A DNA stretch of 63,839 nt, the filler included, from Aduncisulcus paluster (Eukaryota), in assembly GCA_024181965.1 (NCBI GenBank). It is 9 parts of 9 records of this genome, joined end to end, with 100 filler letters (N's around TTAATTAATTAA, not from the genome) between each part and the next. Parts side by side here need not be neighbours in the genome. Positions count along the whole stretch, not along the records: positions 11,207 to 14,721 come from BQXS01010050.1; positions 14,822 to 19,303 come from BQXS01010051.1; positions 19,404 to 22,453 come from BQXS01010052.1; positions 22,554 to 30,772 come from BQXS01010053.1; 5 more parts are not named here. One strand, 5' to 3'. Positions 11,879 through 23,780 of this stretch are shown piece after piece. Position numbers and translations under genes: made by a program. How positions within the stretch are numbered: position 1 is the stretch's first letter; each line of letters starts with the position of its first letter. Under the pieces are notes generated by a model. That model was given only the letters and a program-made list of their open reading frames with translations. It was not told where the DNA came from and searched no databases.

Positions 11879-13151
11879 ATGAGTTCACCTTCAGAAAGTC
11901 CAGACGTATGTGTCCATATTTCCTTCTTATAGCTTATTATTATTATTATTATTATTTTGTACTAACCTCATTTCTGCTTTTGATAATTTCCACTGTATTA
12001 GATTGAAATCATTGTCCCAGAGTTCATTAATGAGGGAGAACTTGCATCTATCCCAATTCCTCGAGATGACCCCACTATTGTCAGTCCAGACATCAGAACC
12101 ACCAAGGGAATCAATACAACAGGAGGTAGGCGAGGTGATGGATTCGATGTCAGTCCTCGAATTCGAGCTATGATGATAGCAGAATTCGAAGGTGGAGAAA
12201 TTACCAGTGCTTCCATGCCCTTTACTTGTCCATCTCCTATTAATGGAGCCTATATCTGTGTAGGTAAGACGTATCACTCTGACATGCCTCCTTCTCATCT
12301 GTTGTTCACTTTTACTTCCTCTTCGGGCATCAAGACATGCAAGAAATGTGCATTTCCCGAACATAAAGGCTATAAATGGTATTTTTTGCCCTTTGGTGTC
12401 TCTGATGTTGTTTTATGTGAGATTACTGGCAAAGGTGAGGATACTGAGGATTTTCAGATCGATTCACTCGTATTCGTCCGCAAAGAAACCCTTGAGGAAT
12501 CATCTACTCGTTTGGCAAGAGATAAACTTTGGTTAGAAACGGTATGTATTGAGATATCTATCAAATTTGGTTACTCTTTTTTTGTTTTCTTGATCTTAAT
12601 TTATTTTCACGTCTTTTTTTGTTGTTCGTTCTTTTTAATTTAATTTAAATTTCTATATTTCGCAGCCTAAGATATCTCCAAAGTTCGAGAAGAAAGGTGG
12701 CAGAGAAGATCCACCAATCGCTCGTGATCATTCAAAAGTTCTCATGCCTTCTTTTCCAGGTGTTGATGCGAAGGACACAGCTTATGCCAAGGAATCAAGG
12801 TATCATGATCAATCTTCTCGTTCGTGTTATATGCTTGTTGGCATGGTTGAAGTACATTTATCCCATCTTTCCGTTCCTTTCCCATCCCCAAGTCCTCTCA
12901 AAGGTGCCTATATCTGTGTAAGTAGCTTTGATAGTGCCCCTTCTTTCCTCTTCACTTTCACACACTCCGATGGCAAAGTTTCAGCAAAGAAGTATGACTT
13001 TGTCCAATCCGAAGAGGGCGGAGAGGAATGGTTCTTCCTTCCTATTGATTTGACTGATGTTGTATCTTGTCAACTCCAAGGAAAAGGTCAATGGGGAGAG
13101 AAGAATAGCCAATGTGCTAAATTATATTCCCTCATCTTCTTGAAAGAATAA
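11879..13151 (+). CDS. Three-exon gene encoding two tandem copies of a lineage-specific ~170-aa domain (exons 11879-11905, 12002-12541, 12666-13151)
   Basis: Introns 11906-12001 (GTATGT...TACTAAC...TAG) and 12542-12665 (GTATGT...CAG) join in frame. The two repeats share PF..PSP..GAYICV...LFTFT.S.G....KK..F.....W.FLP....DVV.C...GKG. Confidence 0.8.
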
Positions 13152-13817
13152 TTCATTTCAAGTTTTTCTGCCTTTTTGTTTTTTTTTTTTTTATTTTTGT
13201 TGATTTTGTTGTTATTGTTTGCTTTTCCGTATTATATATATAGTGTACTATGTATCCATTATTTATGTATTTTTTCTTCTGTTGTTTTGTCTCTCTTTGC
13301 CTTTTCTTTGTTCTAATAATTGTTTGAGAAATTGGTTGGTCAACATTTATAATATTGTTCAATTCTTCTATCTTTCTACTTTAAGAAAGTCTTTCTTCTT
13401 GTTCCTCGTGATTTTATTATTATTAATTATTATTAATTATTATTTTATTATTATTAATTATTATTAATTATTATTTTATTATTGTTATTTCTATTGCAAA
13501 TAATTTCATTTTATATTGGTGAAATTTTGTCTTGACTTGTGCTTTTGTACTAAAGTTTAGTACTAACAATGTTTGTTCGACCTCAACCAAATTAATCTCT
13601 CCATCGTAATTTTCGACTATATATATATAATCCTATAATCTATTGAATAGATTCTATTCTAATTGAATTAATAAAAACTATAAACTAGAAAATTTCTGGG
13701 CTAGAAATCTTTGATTCTTCTCTTTAATCCGGTCTGCAACCCATTTTTTCTTCCTCAAAAGCACTAAAAATAGGCACTATATTTATATTTTGAATCTATA
13801 TTTAGGATTCTGAGTGA

Positions 13818-14721
13818 TTAAAGCTTGTAATTAGTATTAAACAATGCATCAATGAGTTGTCTTGCCGTTAATCCGATTTCTCCCTTCGAGAGTCCTGTAG
13901 TTTTCGATATTTCTTCGAGAATTTCCTTGTCTCGGGTTATTTTCACCGCAGAAGAGGCATCATTAGAGGAAATGATATCATATTCATATAAACTAGGCGA
14001 CTGGGGGAAAGGATTCATCACTTTAGCAGTGTCAATGATTTTCATCATTACACCAATCCACCGTTTCATCTCTTCATCACTCTCCTCGCTCTCCTCCTCC
14101 TCGCTCTCCTCCCCTTCTTCGGCAAGGTGTTGATATCTACTTGCTTTATATTGCTGACGTTTGTTCAGTTTCGACCACAGTTCCCTCTCCCATTTCTGGA
14201 CTAAAACCCCACTGACATGCCGTTTCCAGTCAGGAATACAAGAAGGACCGCCGTAACTATCGCTTTCATTGTCATATTCACCCGTGGAATCTTGTATAAC
14301 ATCAGGAACAACATCTTTTGGAGGCATTTCAATGGGATCATTATCCCCATCAGATGATATCATCGTACTTTCTCCCAAATCAACACCAGACGATTGATCG
14401 TGACGATCATCATCAATATCCTTTGTCTGGCCTGGACGTAGGCCTGGACTTGAAGCTAATAATCCTTCCCCCGCAGGTCTTCCACTCGACGTTCCTCCCA
14501 TTTCAACGCCATTTACAGTAGCATCCGCGTCAGAATCGAGAGTAACATTATTGATACCTGGATCAACGATTCCAAGTTCAACTCCAGAGTCACCAGTGAA
14601 CATTGCATGGGGTGGATATGATTGGTACAGAGCTAATGTGTACCGAAGGAGCACAGGAATAAGTGCCAACGTGAAGAAAGGGTGAGTGCTAAGTAAATGA
14701 GCGAAGGCAGGGAGCTGAGAT
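13818..14721 (-). CDS. C-terminal fragment of an uncharacterised acidic protein (5' end lost at linker)
   Basis: Frame is open from the linker to TAA at 13818; coding-like composition. Confidence 0.6.
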
Positions 14722-14821
14722 NNNNNNNNNNNNNNNNNNNNNNNNNNNNNNNNNNNNNNNNNNNNTTAATTAATTAANNNNNNNNNNNNNNNNNNNNNNN
14801 NNNNNNNNNNNNNNNNNNNNN

Positions 14822-17800
14822 CTCAAACCATGATCATCTCGATTCATCCCGGTTATCAAGTGTCGTCTCTTGCTACTTGGATTCCTGCTGCGACAAGGCT
14901 GTATTGAAACACCAGTGGAACCTATTGTTTTAATCCTTGATGATGTCGATGAGAGATCTCTATACGGAGCTATAACTTCATTAGCACTCACGATGGCAGT
15001 GAAATCACTGAAACAATGACCGCGTCTCATTGATTTGACATCTCCGCGAGAATCAAAATCACTGTCAACAAGTTGTTCTACTAATATTCCTCCTGAATCT
15101 CCTCCCCTTTCCCCATCTTCTTCCATTATCGACCCATCAGAATAAACAGTTCCATCAGTTCCTTCCGTCACACTGGATTTAGTTCCCATGCTTCTCCTCC
15201 TACTTCTAGTGTGAGTGGTTTCTTCTTCAGGAATTGGAGTAATAATCACAGTTTTTGAAGCTGAATCCCCATAAGGCAGGGAAAGAGATGAAGATCCAAC
15301 AATATTATAATTGTCTCTTTGTTCTCGTAAATACTCATCTTTTCCCTCATCTTTCATTCCTGCCACACCGATATGCAATAACTCACCTTCTTCTTCCTCT
15401 TCTCGGCCACCGATTTCACCGATTTCTCTCTCAATCATGCGATCGATGAACATGTCTCCGCTGTGAATAATATGAGACACAGAGCGAAGGGGAGGAGTAG
15501 AGAAGAATGCCGGAATAATGGCAGATGCTATTCGTTTGTTTCGATATTGATATTGAAGTTGCCGATGCAAGGAAGAAGATAACGACTGGAGAGAAGGATG
15601 TGAATGGATTGGATGAGGAAACAATCCTCGAAGTAAACTATAATTATTCTTATTATAATTACTATTTTTTATATCTCCAATATCGTTTTGTTGAACCATT
15701 CCATCGTGATTTTCGTGATCAAAACACATATCCAACTCATTGGCAAGCTTTTCTTCCTCAAGAATACTCTCATACAGGTATCTGAAACGCCGTTTACCCC
15801 CTCTTTTCCTCAAAAAATCAGTAACTTTCTCAGGAAAACCTAAAATAGAATGTTCTTCACGGTCGAAGTGATGATAGTATTTTTTCTCCTTCTCATTTCT
15901 TATATATAGAGGTTTCTCACCTTTTTCCTTCCTCATCTTCCTCTTCCTCTTCTCGCTTCTTGCATCAATTCTTAAATGTTCATTCCCATCGCTTGAAACA
16001 TACTTGGAATTTGTTGAAATTTTAAATTTAAAACGATCCACGGATTGAGGAATTTTATAAGACATTCGTACAGGTTCAATTCTATCCGGTCGAAAGAAAA
16101 GAAACGGATGATTACATACTTTCTGCAATTGAACCAAAACATTCTTCAAATTAGAAGCCAAAACCGAAGAGGAAGAAGAGGAAGAAGAGGATGCAGCGAG
16201 CAATGTTTCATCATCGAGAGCATCATCAAATTTTGGGATTGTCTCAAGAACACTTAAAATAGATCCGGAAGGAATAGTTTTCTGGAGGTCAAAGTACATT
16301 TGACGCTGGAGTGGAGTAAAGGGACACTCAATAGAAACTATTTTCTTGCTTCCTATCTCTTTTTCCACATCATCCTTCACTCGACGAAGCATAAACGGTT
16401 TCAAAACATTCTTAAGATGACTCAATTGAGTCGGAGAGAGTCTAAATTTATCAACATTGGATGATGAAAATGAAGTAGTACCACCGGTCGTAGCCGAATG
16501 GGCACCGCCGCCAGCCGTAACTTCGGAGGATGACCCATGCTGCTTACTCCTTGCTGATGATTCCCCACAGAACCATCCAATAAACTGATCAAGGTTATCA
16601 AACAAATCAGGCATAATGAAATGAAGCAAAGCCCACAGCTCTGTCAAATCATTCTGAATAGGTGTCCCGGACAACAATAATCTATTTCGACATTTAAACC
16701 TGGTTAAAACAGTCCATCGTTGACTCGAAGTGCCCTTCAATGCTTGAGCCTCATCACATACGATCATACACCATTTTATCTTCGAAAACAAAGCCTCATC
16801 TTTCACAACAATCGGATAACTTGTGACTATAATATGAATAAGACTGCTCTTCTTGCCAAAACCATAGTTCCAGAGTTTTCGAAGACCCTTGCGTTGAACT
16901 GGACTGCCCCAATAAGGACACACTTTAAAAGTCGGACAGAAACGTTGAATTTCATAAACCCAATTTGGACAAGTGCTTGTTGGTGTTACGATCAAAAAAG
17001 GTCCATAAACACCTCTATAAAAGTATAAAAACGATAGAAATGCAATTGTTTGCACCGTTTTACCAGTTCCCATATCATCTGCGAGAATACCGTTCATCCC
17101 ATTGTCGAATAATGAAACCAACCAAGTAAATCCTTCGAGCTGATAGTGTTTCAGGACCCCCGAAAAGATAGGAGGCGGTGTCAATAATGCTATATTAGAG
17201 CCAGAGAGTGAAAAGGCAGAAGAAGAAGAAGAAGAAGAAGAAGAAGATGAAGTCCTCGTAGCTGTGTTGGTTGTGCCTTGAGGAAGTCCAACTCGCTTTG
17301 TTGAGGGTTCGTCCGAGTCTGAAGACAAGGAAGAAGTTGCACACGATGAAGAAGAAGGCAATATCATAGAAGAAGAAGAGTTTTTTGCGGTAGTGCCTCT
17401 CATAGTAGAATGACCAGAGAGCATTTCAGAGAATGAAGAAGACAACTCGTTCTCTTCCCCATTCTCTTTCTCAACACCATCATCATCACGGGAGTATGAA
17501 TCATCTGTTCCCATATCATCTGTTATATCAGAAGAAGAAGTAGAGGTAGAGGATGAATCAACAGTTATGGTGTATGAAGAATCTGTACTTAACTTCCCTT
17601 TCTTCTTTCCTCTCTTATTAGTATTATTATTATTAGAGTGTAATTCCCATTGAATTAACCTGTCTTGAGTTCGTTGATGAGCTTTCTGAGCTCTCAAACG
17701 TGCTATTTGTCGAACATTCATGGAATTGTTGAAATCAATGGTTTCATCATTACCTATATCAAGGGAGCCAAAAACTACCGAATCTGATATTAATTCACTG

Positions 17801-19227
17801 TCTTTCTCCTCTTCTCCTTCTTCTTTCTCAGCATCCAGTTCCTCCTTTTCCTCTTCTTTGCTCTGATCATCATATTTGTTATGGTCGTCTTTTGNNNNNN
17901 NNNNNNNNNNNNNNGAAGAAGAAGTAGAGGTAGAGGATGAATCAACAGTTATGGTGTATGAAGAATCTGTAATTAACTTCCCTTTCTTCTTTCCTCTCTT
18001 ATTAGTATTATTATTATTAGAGTGTAATTCCCATTGAATTAACCTGTCTTGAGTTCGTTGATGAGCTTTCTGAGCTCTCAAACGTGCTATTTGTCGAACA
18101 TTCATGGAATTGTTGAAATCAATGGTTTCATCATTACCTATATCAAGGGAGCCAAAAACTACCGAATCTGATATTAATTCACTGTCTTTCTCCTCTTCTC
18201 CTTCTTCTTTCTCAGCATCCAGTTCCTCCTTTTCCTCTTCTTTGCTCTGATCATCATATTTGTTATGGTCGTCTTTTGAAAGGGGAGTATTAACCACATA
18301 CAAATCTTCTTTCATCTGCTTTCCAAACCATTTCGCCTGTTCAATAACAAACATAAGTCTATTTTTATCCCTTTTCTTCTCACGCTCTTCTTCCATTTTC
18401 TTGAGACGAAGTTCATCAAGCTCGTTCTTCCTTTTCTCTTTCTCTTTTTCTTCCCTCAAAATTTTCTTCCATATTGCTGCCGATTCTTTGAACATTCTTT
18501 TGGCTTTATGGGTGGCATAATTAGCTTTGAATGCATTTGTTTTGACTTTTTTTCTCCACATTGCCGGAATTCCACTCACAATTCCATGGGAGATTATATG
18601 AAGTCTATCCGAATAAGTCTTGCTATGATGCAATGATACTTGGATAGAATCGGATATTAAACTAGATTTATGTCTAAAAATAGCATCAAGTTCTTTCTCA
18701 TCTGAAGAACTTGACGAATCTACATGAGAAGAAACAGAATCAGCGTGAATGTAAGGAGGTCGTTCCTGCTCTTTGAGTACGTGATAATCACATCTAAAAT
18801 AAGATACTAATTGAGAATCATGCGTTTGAAGGTAAGAAATCAGTGGATAAATAACATTGCGAGAAAGAGGAAAAGTTTGGGTTGTTGAATGAGGAATGGT
18901 TTGTTTTTCGATATTAATATTTGATGTATTTTTTATGCTATGTAATTGATTAATTTTGCCTTCAGCTTTCTTGTTTATGTTTATGTTTCTATCATCTGAA
19001 TGTCCATATGATTCTTCCTCATCTTTCTCAGAAGTCTCCCTTTTCTCTCTTTTCCTTTCTCTTCCTTTCTCTTTCTCCTTTTCTCTCTTCTTCTCCTTTC
19101 TCTTCTCTTTCTTCTTTTCTCTCTTCTTCTCCTTTTTCTCAATGAAGGAAGTTTGTTTCAAAAAACTCCAGGGTCCCTTTCCTTCCTCAAATTCTGTTCT
19201 ATATTTAGCGAACAAAGGAGATGTCAC
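14822..19227 (-). CDS. INO80: INO80-type SNF2-family chromatin-remodelling ATPase, partial (3' truncated; 5' end probably spliced)
   Basis: LKHYQLEGFTWL...NGILADDMGTGKTVQT, DEAQALK..SSQRW..L..FKCRNRLLLSGTPIQN, LKPFMLRRVK and QLQKVCNHP, followed by a long insertion typical of INO80/SWR1. A DBINO-like segment (KRMFKESAAIWKK...NRLMFVIEQ) lies upstream. The track start is GTG next to a TTTTTAATAG acceptor-like sequence. Confidence 0.82.
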
Positions 19228-19403
19228 TATTAAAAATCCATAAAATACCTCAATTAATCTATTTTTGGATATTAACTTTGATCCTCTATTTTCTTCAAAG
19301 ATGNNNNNNNNNNNNNNNNNNNNNNNNNNNNNNNNNNNNNNNNNNNNTTAATTAATTAANNNNNNNNNNNNNNNNNNNNNNNNNNNNNNNNNNNNNNNNN
19401 NNN

Positions 19404-22335
19404 TACGATCAGTGGCTTCATCATCTTCTTCTGTATCCCCCAACAAAGGTTGTTTTGTCTTGGAAACATCAGAAGCACCATCAATCTCTTCGACGAAAGG
19501 TTTAGAGCCATCTTTGGAGGTTATACTGATCAGAGCATCTGAATCTGATATACGTACAGTGGAACCATCTGCTTTCAAACCACCAGATGTCGACTTGCTA
19601 TTATTATTGGCATTCTTCCTTGCAGATTCTTTTGCAACTCTTGCATCTTCCTTATCTTGCATTTTCTTCTGTCTTTTCATGGTATTTATCCACACTTTCT
19701 CTTCCTTTTCAGCCTTTCTCTTCTCTCTTTCTTCCTCTTTCTCCTTTTCTTTCACATATTTCACAGCAGCGCCTCTTTCGAGTCCCACGGAACCAACCAC
19801 ACGAATGCAACGTCTTGAATCATACATGTCTTGGACAGAGAACAGTTGATTGCACTGCAACGAAGAAGACACACCCCGTTTCTTCTTGGATGACGATGTC
19901 TCCCCCTTGATCTTAGAATCTGATGATCTGTCCTTTGAAGACGAAGAGATGGAAACCTTAGAAGAGCTCACAGAAGGTGAAGAAGCAAGAAGTTTCATCA
20001 TATTTGCTCTTTCAATCTCTTCTTTTCTCTTCCACTCGGCCATACTGTTCTCCAGGCCTCGACCTAGGATCTTTTCAAGCACTACATTCCTTCTCTCATA
20101 GTGTTGTTTATGAGCTGGTAAGTGGACTCCGCAGAAACACAATCTCCTTTCCTTCTTAAACACACACTGAATATACACAGCACCTTTGTTTGTAGTGAGT
20201 CCAGAGCCACCACAGGGGAGATGAGTCGACGAGAAAGATGAGAAATGTTGGAGAGCGGAAGATAACACAAATATGGACAATGACAATGCTTGGAGAGTAT
20301 GTGAACGCAATAAAACATAACGCGGAGGTATCAAATCAAGGATTGTACTTGTGGACTCCCCAGTAGAACATTGAGAGATGGACGGTACACGATTACGTCT
20401 GAAAGAACCAGTCGACAAACATGAACCATGTGTTTGTGAATCATGCTCGAGTGAGGAAGAGGAAGAGCTAGCTGATGTGGATAAGGATGAAATACCAGAG
20501 GAAATTGAAGAGGAAGACGCACTGTTTTGGGATATCGAGTGGAGCATATGTCCTCTGCTTCTTGCAGCTAGTTCAAGCTGTTTCTGCTTCTCTTTCCCTT
20601 CAGTGCCCTCGGTAGTCATTGTATAGGAAGAAAGAGAGAGTGGAGAGAGAGGACGAGCACCAATTGCAGCAGCAGCAGAAGAAGAGGAGGCTAATTCTTT
20701 GTCAGATCCCATGTCAAAGGGAGATAAAGAGTTCTTTGAAGAAGTCATGTCTGCCCCAGTGGACATTGTTCCATCACTGGATAGGGTTGCAGGCTCGGAT
20801 GTCTCCTGGTAGCTTGCATCATCCTTACTCACAGAACTGACATCCTCATCTTCTTCTGCAATAACATCAAGGAAGGCCATCTTGCTTCTTGCTGGCAGTG
20901 TGGATGCACTTGAACCAGAGCTAACATCCGATTCTCCGTCACCTTTGATGCCTTTCTCCCCCGACCCTGTGGATTCAATTGGACTTGATAAAACATCAGA
21001 AGAAGATGCAGAGGAAGAGGAAGAGGAAGAGGAAGAAGATGGGTCAGAGTCCTGTTTGTCCATATCTTGAAGAGAGATCGAAATGACATCGCCGGAACCA
21101 TCAATTGCCTGGACTGAGGACAAGAGTTGTCCTTTGCTGCCTTCCTCACTGATTGACAAGGGAGTTGCTGGAGATGAGGATTCCGTCTCAAGGTCGAGCA
21201 TCCTATCATGGAATCTTTGACTCAACACGTGACCAATCTCTTTTTCTTTCGCGCGTTGTTTCTTCTGACGCTCTTCTTGTCTCGATTTCTTCATCTCTTG
21301 CAGTTCCATCTTCTGTTTTTGAGATCTCAATGAACAATTCTTCTTCATGATCTTATTAACAAGGGAAATACCATGCTGAAGATCGTCAATAAACCCCCTA
21401 TCTTTCTTCTTTTTGTCTTTCTTTTTGCTGTTTGCTTTGGAACTCTGTTTCTTGCCATCAATCTTTCTTTTCCCCTTAAGAGGTGTTTCTTGAGTGCAAA
21501 TACATAGCATCGTTGGAAGGGCTGAAGAGGCAAGAAGGAGGGGGAGAAGGGCACGCTGAGAGTGTTTGGCAGAAGGAATCGTTGTTGGAACAGTCGGACG
21601 CCTGTGTTGAGGAACATGAGTGGGATCAAAAGAAGAAGAATCAGAACCTCCAAGGGCAGACTCAACTCCAGGGATCCGGAGATAATCTGAGGAAGATCTA
21701 GCTGCCTGGTGTGATCCAGCAATTGCCGAAGAAGATGAAGAATGTCCATGTTCACTCTCAGAATCCAGATCTTGGGAAGCAAGACCGGCAGCAATGGAAG
21801 ATACGTCATCTTTAGAGTCTCGGATAGATACACTACCTGGAACATCTACACGGAGAATGCTGCTCTTGTGACTATGCAATGGCTGTGAGAGAGAAGAGCC
21901 AGACGTTGATCTGGACTTAACTCTTCCTCGAGTAGCTGAGATACTACGCGCAATCTTACGTTCGAGAGCTAAATCGCGCATAAGTTCTTTTTCAGCAAAT
22001 ACATCACTTTTTCCAATGCCTTTTAGACTTCCTTGAAGATATTGCCTTGAAGCTCGGCGATGGGAAATCGAAGGTGAGAGAGAAGAAAGAGACCTAGGGT
22101 TTTTAATTGAATTTTTTTGAGGTGGTTCAAAGTTTGGTAAAAGATCAGATGACATCGTTGAATTGGCTTTCATATGAGGGATAATAACCTCATCAAGGAT
22201 CAAATGGACGAATTGCTGTCCTGAAGGGGTTTCAGAATTAAGATTCCAAGTAACGCATTCAATTGACAACTCATCAGTTTTAATCGGTTTAGGAAGATAC
22301 GATTTGGTTGTTTCTTTGGGTTTAAATTCAGGCAT
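19404..22335 (-). CDS. Inositol polyphosphate 5-phosphatase-family protein with large low-complexity insertions, 3'-truncated
   Basis: VTWNL, ICTQE, NKGAV and FCGVHLPAH....ERRN are EEP/5-phosphatase motifs; the later GDxNxR motifs are not reached before the linker. Confidence 0.75.
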
Positions 22336-23065
22336 GGGGAATATTGAAGAAAATAATGGTGTTATTAATTAACTTGTAAATAAATTATATGGAATATGTA
22401 GTAAGAAATAAAAAATGGTCGAAAAAAACACAAAAACAATTCAAATTGTAACANNNNNNNNNNNNNNNNNNNNNNNNNNNNNNNNNNNNNNNNNNNNTTA
22501 ATTAATTAANNNNNNNNNNNNNNNNNNNNNNNNNNNNNNNNNNNNNNNNNNNNCCAAGTTGCCATTTTTATCTTCTTTATTTGTCAACATCGTGTCCTTA
22601 AAAGCGGTCTCCCTTGGGTTTGGCCAACCCAGGGGAGGCGTAAGTCTTATTTATTTTTTATATTATGCTGCTCCTCGTTCCCCCGATATGCCCCCCCCCC
22701 TTAATCTGTCTTACAATGTAAAAAAAGGGGGGGACTCCAACGATTTTTCATTTTTTTTGTTTTTATTTTTCATTTTTCATTATTTAAGAAATTTTTATAG
22801 TAAAATAAAGGCAAATCTGTTTCAGTCATTTTATTTTTCTTTTTCCTGCTCGTAGAATGCATTAAATAGCATTTCAACATTAAATTTAAGAAAATAAGAC
22901 AATAAAATTTATTAGATACCCATTAAAACGTATTTTTAATTTTAAGTTGTAAAATATAGTTTTTAACAACTTAAAATACTATTTTTTACAACTGAAATAA
23001 ACTTGTAACCACTCCTTTATTTTCCTGTAATTCAAGATATTTTACAACTTAATTTATATTGAATT

Positions 23066-23500
23066 TCAACTGAATTCCCTATAAATCGATTCGTTGTGAA
23101 TGAGGTTCCCTGACACTTTAGCAGGATAATAGGGGTATCTAAGTATTGATTTAAGCATAGATAATAATAATTTCCTATTAAAATACGAAAGTGCGTTGTT
23201 GTTGATGATCAAACGTGCATCCACGTCAATGATGTCATTGGCAATCCCTTCGTCATGAAAAGAGGCTATAGCCTTCAACATTTCCATTTTCTTCGGAATA
23301 GGGTGCTTTAAGGTTGAACCATCAGAGAGAGTTTGGGTATATGGGCCATTAATTGGAAAATCAGTTTCAACCGGAAGATCCAGAATTGCAACTAAATTTT
23401 CTAATGATCCGCTGTATCCTGCAACACAAATTTTAGTGTGTAGGGATTCCAGAGTAGCTGTACCAGGAGGGGAAGAAACATCAACGGTCTCTTGCGCCAT
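23066..23500 (-). CDS. Hypothetical 144-aa protein
   Basis: ATG-initiated ORF with normal composition inside AT-rich flanks; no recognised family. Confidence 0.55.
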   Translation of the reverse strand: MAQETVDVSSPPGTATLESLHTKICVAGYSGSLENLVAILDLPVETDFPINGPYTQTLSDGSTLKHPIPKKMEMLKAIASFHDEGIANDIIDVDARLIINNNALSYFNRKLLLSMLKSILRYPYYPAKVSGNLIHNESIYREFS

Positions 23501-23780
23501 TTTTAGAAAGAATTTAATAAAAACTTCCTAATAATTTCCTTATGTATATATAGCGTTCACCAGTATTTTTCGAGCGGGGCTGAAAATTATTGGTAAAGAA
23601 CCTCAAGTTAAGCAGGCTGCTTCGTCATATTGAATTTTGTATTAATATTTATAGTGGAATAAATAATACGGCGAAACTTTCCTTGAAGGAAAACACCAAT
23701 CATATGTGAAATGATTTCAACTTGAAGTTGAAATTGCCTTGCCAATACTTCAGTGAAAGCTCATTTAAATCGATTTATTC

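Noticed and set aside
13818-14721. Continuation of INO80 across the linker
   Set aside because: No helicase C-terminal motifs, and it is on a different scaffold.
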